The translations under genes were made by a program, and so were the position numbers. Of a stretch of 64,000 bases of DNA, positions 28,565 to 41,104 are shown piece by piece. The notes under the pieces were generated by a model. The model saw nothing but the letters and a program-made list of their open reading frames with translations. It was not told the origin of the DNA and did not search any database. Every line of letters begins with the position of its first letter. Position 1 is the first letter of the stretch. The stretch comes from the human T2T-CHM13v2.0 reference genome, Homo sapiens. Location of the stretch: the NCBI RefSeq assembly GCF_009914755.1, contig NC_060925.1; one strand, 5' to 3'.

Positions 28565-28780
28565 GACATCTCAATACGTACTGAACATTTATCATATGCC
28601 AGGCTTGATTCTAAGTGCTTTGTGAGTATTAGCTCATTTAACCCTGACAAAGAAATCCCCATGAAGTAGGTGCTGTTATCACCTGTTTCATTTTATCAAT
28701 GAAAAAACTGACACACAGAGGGTAAGTAACAAGTCCAGAGTCACCCAGCTGATGGGAGACAGAACCTGGTGACACCTGAG
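28565..28780 (-). mobile_element. MIR SINE
   Basis: ATATGCCAGGCTTGATTCTAAGTGCTTT...CTCATTTAACCC, GAAAAAACTGACACACAGAGGGTAAGTAAC. Confidence 0.82.
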
Positions 28781-30748
28781 TCCCTGGCTTAGAGTCCCCA
28801 GCCTCTTCTGTGATGGGAGAGCCCGGGTTTTGAGTACAGGACACTTGGGATCTGGTGCCCTGGGGAACCTCTGCAAATCTTTTGATGTTACTCCTCATTC
28901 AAAATGAGATCTGCTGTGCAGCCTCTGGCAAATGTCTCAATCTCTCTGAGCTTCAGGTTCCTTCAAAAAGGTTTGGAGAAACGTAGAGAAAAATCCTCAT
29001 TCTGTGCCTCCCAGGGTTTGTATGGGGTGGGAAGAGGTAACAGAGGTGGATATTATAACCTGGTCATAATCGCGGTCAAACTAGTCCTAACAGTGAGCCA
29101 CTCTGGGCCATGCCCTGTGCTGATGCAGATGCACCAAGCACACTTAGTGAGGCAGGCCCTGTTATTATTCCCATGGGTGAGGCATGGCACCAGGGTCTCG
29201 GGAGGAGTCTGAGGACGGTGAGGTGGTCACCTAAGCTTCCTTGGGGAGTGCTGGGTTAGTGAGGTGCTGCTCTGAGCATGGGAGTGAAGGCAGGATATGG
29301 GACGTGCTTTCTAGTAGGGGTCCCACGGGAGCAAAGGCACGGACATGTGGATGCTGTGTTGCGGGCTGGAAAAGTGTTCTCTGATGGGCTAGGGTGAGGC
29401 CGGTGTAGATTCTGAGCTGGCCACCCCAATGGAATCACTTCTCCATTCCACAGTTGCTGGAGCCGAGACCATCCTGAGTTGGAGCTGCAGAGCCCGGGTC
29501 TACGGATGTGCCGCACCTAGGCGGAGGAATGGGAAAATAGGCCCAGGAACGTGGACTTGGCCTGGGAAGTAAAGTCCTTGACTTTTGAAGCTGAGACCAA
29601 GGGTAAAGCAGGTAGCTAGCCCAAGTGCCAGCTTGGGGCAGTGGGATGATGACAAGAGGGCCTTGTCCTGCAGTTGTTAGCGATGTGCTGGGCCGAGACA
29701 ACCATAGCCCATGTGTGGCAAGAGGAGTGTGGAGGAGGCTGGGGCCCAGGGGTCTGATTTGCACATGAAGACCCTCCATGGAGACTGGTGCCAGAGACCT
29801 GCACTTCTCCAGGGACCAAATGGACCGGGACTCCTTAGTATTGGGAAATACCTTAGATTTTTATTTGGCTGGCCCAGGGCCCAGAATGACAGTTCTTTAG
29901 GCGGCAGATGGGAAATTCATCTTTTGCAGCAAAAACAGCGGAAAGCTTCACTACTCCCCAAACACCAGACCCAGACACTAATATTCACATACACACATAT
30001 CCAGAGAAGGAGATGCATGCAGCCGTCCGTGTACAGTGTGCATGCAGACACGAGGGCTCATGGGGACACGTGTGCACACACATGCTTGTACAAGGTGCTT
30101 GGACAACCATAGAGACACCCGCGTGCTCCTGCATCCCTGGAACCCACTCTCCTGGCTGTGTTCTGCTGATGGAATGCTGTAATATTTTTCTATTAAATGT
30201 TGCATTTGTTGTGCCTTTTAGTAGCTTCCCTCATTAAAAATGATATTATCCCCATAAATAAGCCAGCATCTGAGAAGAGTGCCCGACTCCATTTCTCTTC
30301 CTAATTGAGACACTTAGCTTTGATTTGCACGCCGGCACGTACCGAGCGGATTAATTTTCAATTAATGCTCCTAGGCGGGTGGCTACAGGCAGTGTGGGCT
30401 CAAGCAGCCCAGTAGCCTGGGAATAGGCACAGTGGGAGCCGGGGACAAGGACAGATGGGGACTGGGAGGACCTAGTGAGGGTTTTTCTCCAGCATTTCCT
30501 GGCCACGTGAAAGAGGCCCCTGGGCTGTCTGGAGCTTTATGGTTTTGTTCTTTGTGGGAAAGAGGTCCCTGGGGGCATCATGTATGGGAAGCACCCTAGT
30601 CCTGTACCAGGAGAGGGCCCCAAACTCTAGCCCTTACCTAACAGAGGCTACAGGGTCTTTTCAGTGCTTGGCTGTTATAGGCCCTACTTGGTGGGCCTGG
30701 CAGCTTAGAGTAAAACTGGTTATGGTGGCCTCAGTTTTGTCATATGAA

Positions 30749-30882
30749 CATTTATGAGACATAGGCCCTCAGCCCCTCTCCCCCAAGTATAGCCACCTGC
30801 ACGTCGGGCGCCAAGTCTGTGGCCTGATGTGCAGGTGGCTCTACGTGGTGGGGAGGGGCTGAGGGCCTCTGTCGCATAAATG
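30749..30882. repeat. Inverted repeat / hairpin: 61-bp arms, 12-nt loop
   Basis: Left arm 30749-30809 vs the reverse complement of 30822-30882: 53/61 identical, no gaps. Confidence 0.93.
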
Positions 30883-31075
30883 GTTAAGAGCCTGGGTTCT
30901 GGATCCAGACAGGCCTGGAATCACAGTCCTATTCTGCCACTTCCAGCAGGTGCCTTTAAACCATTTTATCTTCTCAAGACTTAGTTTCCTTATCTGCAAA
31001 GTGGGGATAAGATCAAGTGCTAAAAACGTTATGGTGATTCAACGAAACAATGCAAGTAGTGCTTGGTGCTCAACA
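30880..31075 (+). mobile_element. MIR SINE
   Basis: TGGTTAAGAGCCTGGGTTCTGGATCCAGAC, AGTTTCCTTATCTGCAAAGTGGGGATAA. Confidence 0.82.
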
Positions 31076-31593
31076 ACGCTTAGCTCTCCTTCCTCCTTCT
31101 GCTCTTCCTCTTCTTGCTCCTTCTCCCTCTTCTCCTCCTCTTCCTCCTCCTGCATGTCTATCCATAAGGTGAATTTCCCACCTATACCTGCCACTCTGTC
31201 TGCTCAGATCCTTTGCTTTAGATCTGTACCTGCAAAGAGGAGCCTGCTTGCCCCGCCTGGGGGCAGCCGTCACTGGGAATCTGTCCTAATGGCCTTTCCC
31301 CTTGGTGTCTGTGGGTCTTTGGTGGCTCAGGGTCCTGACATGCTTCTTGGTGCCCTGGGAATGCCTCCACTGCAAGCTTGTGGTCCCTCTGGGCTGCAGC
31401 CTCCTGTGGTTTGGCCTTCTTGTGGAACCCATATAAGAGTGAGCAGCTGCATTTCAGTCTCTGCTCGTTGTCACAGTAAAAGACACACTAGTCTGGGAGC
31501 CAAAACATGGAGAAATCCCTGGAATGTTTATCAAAGTCTTCTGAAGAACACTAAAGAAGATTCTGTTTCTGTTTATAAGAAGCAGCATTGCAT

Positions 31594-31913
<320 letters not shown>

Positions 31914-31923
31914 TAATTTTTGC

Positions 31924-31954
<31 letters not shown>

Positions 31955-32060
31955 ATATCTATCATGCATGGCTGCTGTCCCTCAAACCTGTCCCCTTCCT
32001 CTCTCAGGACTCCCACAAACTCCCCCTTCCCACCAAATCCAGCCTGTGCTGGCTGTGGTC

Positions 32061-32336
32061 CAGAGGTTGCAAAATGGTGACCCAAGAGCCTATCTTGCTC
32101 ATAGACATATCTTATTAGGTCTGAACAATCTTACATATATATTTTTTGAAATACTGGGCAATATAAAAAAGTGGATTTTTTTTGGAAAAGGTAAGCAGCA
32201 TTGAAAAAATGGGGGATTTCCCGTTGAGTGTGAACTTCCCACTTCACTTGAAGAATCAGCTCTGGTGACACGGGCCCACCTCACTCACTTTGGACACCTA
32301 CCTGGCACCTGTTGGCATCTGAGTGCGTGACCCTTG
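32061..32336 (+). mobile_element. MER102-like hAT-Charlie element
   Basis: CAGAGGTTGCAAAATGG start and GGCATCTGAGTGCGTGACCCTTG end (terminal inverted repeats); CTTCACTTGAAGAATCAG. Confidence 0.65.
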
Positions 32337-33014
32337 CTCTTGTCTTCCTCTCCCTGCACCCCTTCTAGGCCTGCTCACTTTCTCACATTTATATTTTTTT
32401 CTTCTGTGGCCCTTGTGAGGTCATTCCCTGAGCCTGAAGCCAGTGCAAGTCCTCCCAGTTGCCGGTCCCCGAGGCTGGAGCTCCTCCTTCTCATCCTGGC
32501 TCCAGGGCCTCTTGCCAGTCCACTTAAAAATTCTTCTCTTCCAAGCTAACCATCCCCAGCTCAGAGCGCTCCCATCAAAGCGAGAGAAGTTTCCAGAACC
32601 AGCATCTCTCTCTTCTAGATATGGCAACACCTGCTTTCCAAACTACAGTTTCCTCCCTTGCTGAGGCCAAGGTTTCTCTTGAAGAAACCTGTATTTCCTA
32701 ATGCCCTCTGCTCTTGTATCATCTGAGCCCTCCTGCCCATCCTCAGGACCTCACTCCTGGTGTGGCTCACATAATTCCAGGTCATTGACTTCTTAGGCAA
32801 ACGCTGGAGAGATAGATGGTCTAGCACTGGGGCCCAGTGGGCAGACTATGGCCAGGTGACCTGGGTCCTAACCCTGGTTCTTCTGCTTAGCATTGTGATC
32901 GTGAGGAACTTATTCCATTTCTCTAAGCCTCAGTGTCCTCTGTGAAGCAAGGATGATAATAATAATGCCTGTCTCACTGGCTATTGTGCCAACCAAATGA
33001 GATAAAGCATTAGC

Positions 33015-33181
33015 ACCTTGATACTCAAGGTGTGGTCTTTGAACCAGCAGCATCAGTATCACTTTGGTACTTACTAGAAACACAGAATCTCAGTCCCCAT
33101 CCCAGACCTGCTGAATCTGCATCTGCATTTCAACAAGATGCTCAGGAGTTCCCTGTGTGCAGTCAAGTTGGAGAAGCTCTG
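33015..33181. mobile_element. MER5A hAT MITE
   Basis: CTCAAGGTGTGGTC...CCAGCAGCATCAGTATCAC...CCCAGACCTGCTGAATC...TCTGCATTTCAACAAGAT...AAGTTGGAGAAGCTCTG. Confidence 0.85.
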
Positions 33182-33528
33182 GGTTAGTGTAACTTTTGGT
33201 ATAAGGTAATGGTAGCTGTCACGACTGATAGTCTAATAAGAATCCCTCATACTAAGGCAGGTTCTGGTTGTGGAGAGAAGACTGTGGGCTCCAATCCTGT
33301 TCCTGCAAATTAGTATTGTGTGCCCACTTCAGCCTTCCTCCCTGTCTCCTGATCCCTGTCTATTAAAATGGAGATAATTATGCCATTTCTTGGAGTTGAT
33401 TTGAGAGTTAGATAAGATTAAGCAGAAGGTGCTTCAGAGGATTGTGGAAAGTGATTCCAAGATATTGAAGCTCTGAAAGCATCTTTGCACATGTTTTATG
33501 GGCACTTCCTGCTATTGTTCCCACCTCA

Positions 33529-33847
<319 letters not shown>

Positions 33848-35087
33848 TGAGAAGTTGAGGCATTTCAAAACCAAGGGTTTGTCCAAGCTCATGTAACCAA
33901 TCAGCTACAGAACTGGGTCTGGTTCTCAGGCCCTGAGTCCATGACCAGTGCAAGACCCCTTAGAGATCTAGATCTGCCAGATCAGGCTGCCACCGGGGTC
34001 CTGGAACCTCTCCTCTGCTTGTCCCCCATCTACAATCCTCCAGCGGTCCCTCTCACTGTATTGCGCTGTTGGCTGGTTGCTTCTTGCTTCTGTGTTGGGG
34101 ACGATAGTGGCTGCAGACCAGGGAGGGGTTGGGGAAAGGAAGGATGGGGCAGCTCTGGGAACTGGCGGTTAATTAAAACGTCCTCAGAGGCGATCAATTC
34201 ACAGTCAGTGGCTTGAATCCGCAATGACCCAGCACCTCTCTGGCAGAGCACATGGCCTTCCTGGGGGTGGCAGGCAGGAGGTATGACTGTCCTCCTTCTG
34301 GTCCTTGGAGCCCTGGCAATGGGCAGTGCTGTTGATGCTGCCTCCAAAATATTCCCATCTTGTTTCCATAATAGCTTCTGTCACCGCTCTTGACAGGCCA
34401 GCCATTAAGTCTTTGGCAAAACTGTAAGAATTATTAACATATGAGGTTTTATATTATTTGACAGCTGTCGGCTCCTTTAGAATTTCCATCACCCTGTCCC
34501 CTCCCTTCCCTCCCATCCTTTCCCTCACCTTCCCCCTCCCCAACCCATAAGGATGGGAGGGGATTCTCAGTCACTGGGGAACTGGGAAGAGACAAGTCGC
34601 TCAAGCTTCACTCACAGTCACTTCTGCACATCTGTGGAATGTTCCTTGTGACCCCTCTGCTCTTAACCTGGAAACTTCCTCAGCATCGGCCACACCTCGT
34701 GTACACCCCCAGCATCAATGGCTTCAGTGACGACTCTCTGCTCTCCACCTACCTCCTAACTCTGCCTCCTGAGCCCAGACAGACACACAGCTGTCTCCTG
34801 GACATCTGTCAGATAGATGCTCAGTATTCCTGACCCAGCATGACCCAAACCAAACCCCTCCCCTTGCCCCGCCCCACTTCTTTCTCTGGAGTGCAATACT
34901 CCCTCATCTGATGCCCCGCTCCATCATCCATCCCATTCCCCAGGCCAGAAATCCAAGGGTCACCCTGGTCTCCTCTTCTTCCATGACCTCAGGGGCTCAG
35001 GCCCCCTAGCCCTGTCTATTCTGCTTCCTAAAAGCCTCTTGAATTTACTCTCTCCTCCCCACCCCCATTGACCCCATCTAGGGCTCA

Positions 35088-35576
35088 CTGGCAGATGTCC
35101 TGCTCAGATTCCCTTGGGCCCTCCCATCAGAGTGCTTACCTGTCCCACGCCAAATGCCTGTAGCCTTTCTCTGGGGCTGCAGCTCCTCCCTCCACCCAGG
35201 CAGGCAGGAAGTGCTGGAGAGTTAATGCCCCTCCCTGCTTCTCAGGGCTGCTCTCAACCAATGGCTGCTGGGAGTACTTGGGTAGGATATCTACTGCTCT
35301 CAACCAATGGCTGCTGGGAGTACCAGGGTAGGATAGTACTTGGGAGTACTTGGGTAGGATAGCTCTGAGGCCCATGGTCTACCCTGTGGATCACTGAAGT
35401 CTCTGTGGAGTGAAGCTCCATTCCCATGGTTGCAACCAGCTTGATCAAGGCCCCTTTGGCCTGCTGCCTTCTTTCCCTTTCCCTCTTGGTGTTTCCTAGG
35501 ATCTCCTCTCAAGCAAACTGCTTGCACTCAAATCCTTGTCTCAGAATCTGCTTCTAGGGGGACTCAAATGAAGACA
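35088..35576 (+). mobile_element. LTR16-like (ERVL) solo LTR with an internal tandem duplication
   Basis: CAGGAAGTGCTGGAGAGTTAATGCCCC, CTCAACCAATGGCTG, CTTGCACTCAAATCCTTGTCTCAGAATCTGCTTCT...AAGACA end. Confidence 0.8.
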
Positions 35577-35879
35577 GGACTCAGTCTCTGTCTGTCCTGC
35601 GTGCACATCCGACTCTGCCAGGCTCTTCTCAGGACTCTGCGGGTTGGGGGTGGGGTGGGGGGTGTCCCTAATGCTTCAACTCTTGCTGCTACTGAAAGGG
35701 AGGTCTTCCTAATGCCCATGGGCCTCGATCCAGAAAACCTGACTATAGAAAGTATTTGGGGACTGTTATTTACGTTTGAAAAGGAATTGCCACAGGCCTC
35801 AAATGGTATGCTTTTCTGGTACTTTCATTAAATAAAGTTTAGCATTAACACAGCTATAAAATAATAAAGATATAGGGCA

Positions 35880-36350
35880 TCCGTGTTAAAGAGAAAATAT
35901 ATTCTCATATCAAAATATATCACAAAGCTATGCTCAACAAAACTTGTACTGGTTAGCACAAAAATTAACCAATTAACAGATATGCCAGAAACAGGACCCT
36001 AATGAATGATAAAAGTGGCATTTCAAATGAGTGTAGAAAAGACAGATTAGTCATGAAATGATGGTGGACACTTGGTTAACTATTTTAAACTCATCTACTT
36101 CATGCAAATTCCAGGTGGATCAAAATGTTCACATTAAAAATGAAATCATAAAAGAACTAGAAGAAACAAAGGTGATTATTGCAGGATGAGTTGGGCTTTT
36201 CCAAGCATAAACACGAGGGGAAAAATCACAGATAAGCCTGTAAGAACTGACAAAATAAAAATAAAGAATCTCGAAGTGAAAAGGCAGATGAAGTGGGAGA
36301 TATATTGGCAGTATATACTGCAGATTAACAACAACAAAAATCAATTGAAT
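35880..36350 (+). mobile_element. Old L1 (L1ME-like) ORF2 3' fragment
   Basis: ATGATAAAAGTGGCATTTCAAATGAGTG, AAATTCCAGGTGGATCAAA, AAATCATAAAAGAACTAGAAGAAA. Confidence 0.7.
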
Positions 36351-37309
36351 GGGGTTTAGGTGAATCAACAGTTTTTGTTTGCTCAGGGCACCTAGTGTCA
36401 AATACTTAAAAAATCAGTCAGATCTAGAACATACCCTGAAAAGGCAAATAAACATCTGGTCACCTGCTTGTCAAAGTGCTTACCTTTATGAGGAGGAAGT
36501 TCTTCCTGATGTCCAGCCTGCCTTCCTCTTGCTGGCAACAAGAGCCTCTTCTCTCTTTCAGTTCTTAGGGGAGTGGGAGGGCTTTTCCTCGAAATAAGTT
36601 CACACACTATGTGTGGCCTCCAGGGTTTCCAGGCCAGGATGTCTTGGCACCTGCATGTATTGTCAGAGGTTCAGCCACACTTGAGGTCCAAGAGGGAACA
36701 GACTTCTCAGAAGGACACATCAGATTGTCAGCTTGGACGCACAGGCTCACAGCTGGCCTGATCTCATGCTGTCCTCCTCCCTGTCCCATCTCCATCCTGA
36801 GCACACCCTGATCTACTCCATCCTGAGCCCCATTCTAAGCCCCATCTGGATCCCACTCTTGTCCCTTACCCTTCCCATCCCAGACCTTGGTGGGGGCCCC
36901 CATGGCCAGGTCTGGCTGGGTTGCATGGCCACTCTGAGCCAGGCCGGCTGTGCAGGGAACAGATGGGCTCCCTGTAGAAGCGGCAGCGGCGCAGAAGCTA
37001 ATCCACTTTTATCTCGTTATGGTGACAGCCACCCTGTTAAATGGAATGGACTATTGATTCGGGGCTCACTTCCAGCCCGAGGATTTTCCATCACAGGCCT
37101 GAGTAGAATAGGAGAAAAGCAACACTTATAAACTTGGGTGCCAGTCAGGGAGAGGCTGGGGTGGGGGCTGGAGCTGGGCAGGCGCAGGCGCCAGGGCTGG
37201 CAAGCCAGGCCTCCAGGGTGCTGGGGAGCCAGGCTCAGACCTAGCATCTGAGGGAGCCTCTCCTTCCCTCCTCCCTCAAGGCAGATAGGGGGACAAAGGT
37301 GCAAAGGTG

Positions 37310-38472
37310 CATGACACAAATAGCATGCATGTTCACACAACACTGATGCACACATACACCCAATGCTGATGCACATATACACACAATACTGACACCGACA
37401 ATGCTGACACAGATATACACAAGCATGCTGATACACAGCAACACTTCTACCCATCACTGACACAGATATACATACGAACCCACTGTCGACACACAGCTAC
37501 ACACTCAATGCTGACACATGTGCAGACACACAACACTGATACACACCCAACACTGATAGACACACTCATGCAATGCCAGCACACACATACACACAACACT
37601 GACACACATATGCATACAATGCTGGCACATCCAAACACACAATGCCGAAACAGAGCACACCGTGCTGACACATGTATATGTATTGGCATGGGCACACTCA
37701 CATACACACTCAACACTGACACACACATGCACACAGTGCTGACTCCTATCTATACAAATCACGGACACAGATATACACACACACACCACGATCCTGTGTA
37801 CTCATACAACACTGATGCACACGTATACACACACAATACACAACCATAGAATGCGGATGCTGATTACATGAGTACGCAGGCACACAGCAACACATACACC
37901 CATCACTGACACACATATGAACCTACTTTGACAAAAATCTACACAAACAGTACTGACGCACGTACACCCGACACTGACAAAATACACATATGATGCTGCA
38001 TACATATACACACAACACTGACACACATACTTACCCAGCATGGACCTACATATACCGCCAAGGCTGTCACACATATATGCCCAATGTGGACACAAACATA
38101 CACACACAATGCCAACACAGACACGCATATACAGATGCTGATACCATGTACGCACAGCACTGACACACAGATGCTGACACACATATATCCACAGTACCGA
38201 CACCTCCTAACACTGTTCCATACATAAACACACGCTCACTGGGCCTCATACTGCAAACACACCCAGTACCCACCAGCATCCACACCCAAGAGACGCATGT
38301 GCCATGCTGGTAACCTAATGCCAATAGAAACAAACACAATAGTGATACTGGCATAGAAATTTGTCACCTATTACTGACACATAAGTTAATGATGCACACA
38401 CACAAAACACACACCTATACATAATATTGAGGCACACCTGTGCGCACACACACACACACACACATGCACACA
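37310..38472. repeat. Degenerate CA-rich low-complexity repeat (~1.1 kb)
   Basis: Recurrent CACACAACACTGACACACATA-like units; ends in (CA)n near 38445-38464. Confidence 0.9.
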
Positions 38473-38719
38473 TTGGCAGCCTCCTGTGTTCAATGCCTGA
38501 TCATTATGGATCGCTAGTCCTGCTTCGCCCTGGGGGTGCTAGGCCTGGAAAGGAGAGTAAACCTCGGTCTCAGCTTTTGAGCAGCTTTGCCTCTAGTTGG
38601 GGAGGAGGGGTGCTCACATAGAATATAGAGCCACATCGTAATTACAGCAGACTCATCTACAGCACTTATCATATGCCCCTCACTGAAACACAAATCTTCA
38701 CATAGAAAACACAAATCCT

Positions 38720-38872
38720 CACAACAACCTTTGGCTGTAGGTTCTATTATTAGCCCCAGTTTGTAGATGAGGGACATGGGCACAGAGAGATTAAGTGACT
38801 TGCCCAAAGTTGCACAGCTCTGAAATGGTAGAGCTAGGATTTGAACTCAGGCCTTCAGGCTCCAGAGTCTTC
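38720..38872 (-). mobile_element. MIR SINE
   Basis: CCCCAGTTTGTAGATGAGG, TTAAGTGACTTGCCCAAAG, AGCTAGGATTTGAACTCAGG. Confidence 0.85.
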
Positions 38873-40001
38873 AGTGTAACTTTTATAAAGACCGTTTCAT
38901 CACACCTGATTCTGGCTGAAAAACCCCCATGTGCCACTGTTTTAGGCCTAGACCCACCTGCATACACAGACACACACCCACAGTACCTGCGTGGCCCATT
39001 TGGAATGAACTACCCAGGGAAATCCACCCCCTGTTGGCACCTGGTCACTCTGCTGTGACGGCTGCGTGCCTGCAGGACTTTACTGTGACCCACCCCAGAG
39101 GGGAGGGGCAGCTCATGCTGGAAAAAGCCCTGGAGAGGAGTTCTGAGCAGCAGGGTTGGGAACTCTTTGCCAGGGGAGGAGATGCCTGGGCCGGCAGGTG
39201 TCCCATGGAGGAGGCCAGCTCTCCTGGGCCTTGTCTTCAGTCGACCGGTCCCCCTTCCTCTGCTTGTGCTCTAGAACGTTCTTCCACAGCCCAAGCAATG
39301 GCTGCTTTATTGCAGCTGGGTTTTCCCAGGGACCAGGGCCTGGGGGAGAAACACTGCCAAAGAACAGATTTTCTCAAACAGAGAAGAGGGGAAAGTGAGT
39401 CAGGAATCGAGACAGCAGTGAATTGGGCCTCGAGGTCTTGCTTCTTCAGATACATTCTGGAAAGGTGCAGCCGCAGTGACAAAGAGCCGGGAACTAGGCT
39501 GGACTGATCACATTCAATCCCTGTTCAGCCCGGACCACTTCTGCCTGACCGCAGGCAGGTTGTTCTCTAGTCCTCAGTCTCCCCATCTGAAAAATGGAGC
39601 TAAGAAGGTCATCTGACACACTTGTAATTGGGGGCCTGGGATGACGCCCTCCAAGGGCCTGCTCCATTTGGACACCATGGGACCCGAGAGTTCAGGGTCA
39701 TTCACAGCCCTTGGGGGAGTCTCTGAGGGCAGTGGTGGAAGGTGAGGCCCACAACCCCCGTCGCCTGCCCGCCTGCTCCATTGCCTGTGGATTTGTGGGG
39801 GGCGGGGGGTTAGGATGGGAAAAAGTGCTTCCACCTGTGACCCTCCCCTGACTGTGGCCTGGAGGCTGCAGGGTCACAGTCTGGTCAGGCCTTCCCAAGG
39901 CATTTCTGAAAAGTAGGATGTGGTCCCAAACAGAAAATACATGGGGACTTGTCCACTGCCAGTGTCTCTACTGCTGTGCCATTAGCCAGGTGTCCTGCCT
40001 G

Positions 40002-41104
40002 CCTCAGCCCAGCTGTCCCCTCACCTCAGCCCAGCTGTTCCCACCTCAGCCCAGCTGTCCCTCACCTCAGCCTAGCTGCCCCCTCACCTCAGCCCAGCTG
40101 TCCCCCACCTCAGCCTAGCTGTCACCACCTCAGCCCAGCTGTCCCCATCTCAGCCCAGCTGTCCCCCACCTCAGCCTAGCTGTCACCACCTCAGCCAAGC
40201 TGTCCCCTGCTTCAGCCCAGCTGTCCCCACCTCAGCCCAGCTGTCCCCACTTCAGTCCAGCGGTTCCCTCACCTCAGCCCAGTCCCCCACTTCAGCCCAG
40301 CTCTCCCCTCACCTCAGCCCAGATGTCCCCCACCTCAGCCCAGCAGTCCCCTCACTTCAGCCCAGCTGTCCCCATCTAAGCCCAGCTCTCCCCTCACCTC
40401 AGTCCAGCTGTCCGCCACCTCAGCCCAGCTGTCCCCACCCCAGTCCAGCTGTCCCCTCTCCTCAGCCCAGCTGTCTCCTCACCTCAGCCCAGCTGTCCCC
40501 CACCTCAGCCCAGCTGTCCCCACTCCAGTCCAGCTGTCCCCTCACCTCAGCCCAGCTGTCCCCCACCTCAGCCCAGCTGTCCCCACCCCAGTCCAGCTGT
40601 CCCCTCACCTCAGCCCAGCTGTCCCCACCTAAGCCCAGCTGTCCCCACCCCAGTCCAGCTGTCCCCTCACCTCAGCCCAGCTGTCCCCACTCCAGTCCAG
40701 CTGTCCCCCACCTCAGCCCAGCTGTCCCCACCCCAGTCCAGCTGTCCCCTCACCTCAGCCCAGCTGTCCCCACCCCAGTCCAGCTGTCCCCCACCTCAGC
40801 CCAGCTGTCTCCTCACCTCAGCCCAGCTGTCCCCCACCTCAGCCCAGCTGTCCCCACCCCAGTCCAGCTGTCCCCCACCTCAGCCCAGCTGTCCCCACCC
40901 TGGTCCAGCTGTCCCCCACCTCAGCCCAGCTGTCCCCACCCCAGTCCAGCTGTCCCCTCACCTCAGCCCAGCTGTCCCCACCCCAGTCCAGCTGTCCCCC
41001 ACCTCAGCCCAGCTGTCCCCTCACCTCAGCCCAGCTGTCCCCACCTCGGCCCAGCTGTCCCCACCTCGGCCCAGCTGTCCCCCACCTCAGCCCAGCTATC
41101 TCCC
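40002..41104. repeat. C-rich VNTR, 20-22 bp units (CCTCAGCCCAGCTGTCCCC[TC]A and CCCCAGTCCAGCTGTCCCC variants), roughly 50 copies
   Basis: CAGCTG recurs at 20-22 bp spacing (e.g. 40574, 40594, 40616, 40636, 40656, 40678). Confidence 0.97.

Noticed and set aside
37017-38354. Cys/Val-rich and His/Thr-rich ORFs resembling metal-binding proteins
   Set aside because: Artefacts of the CA/TG low-complexity repeat.
38686-38723. Small tandem duplication AAACACAAATC(T/C)TCACA; similar micro-duplications at ~2960 and ~46290
   Set aside because: Ordinary slippage events with no further signal.
40002-41104. VNTR as a mucin-like coding repeat or a genuine Ig switch region
   Set aside because: Unit lengths of 20/21/22 break frame, and no Ig constant exons are present in the window.
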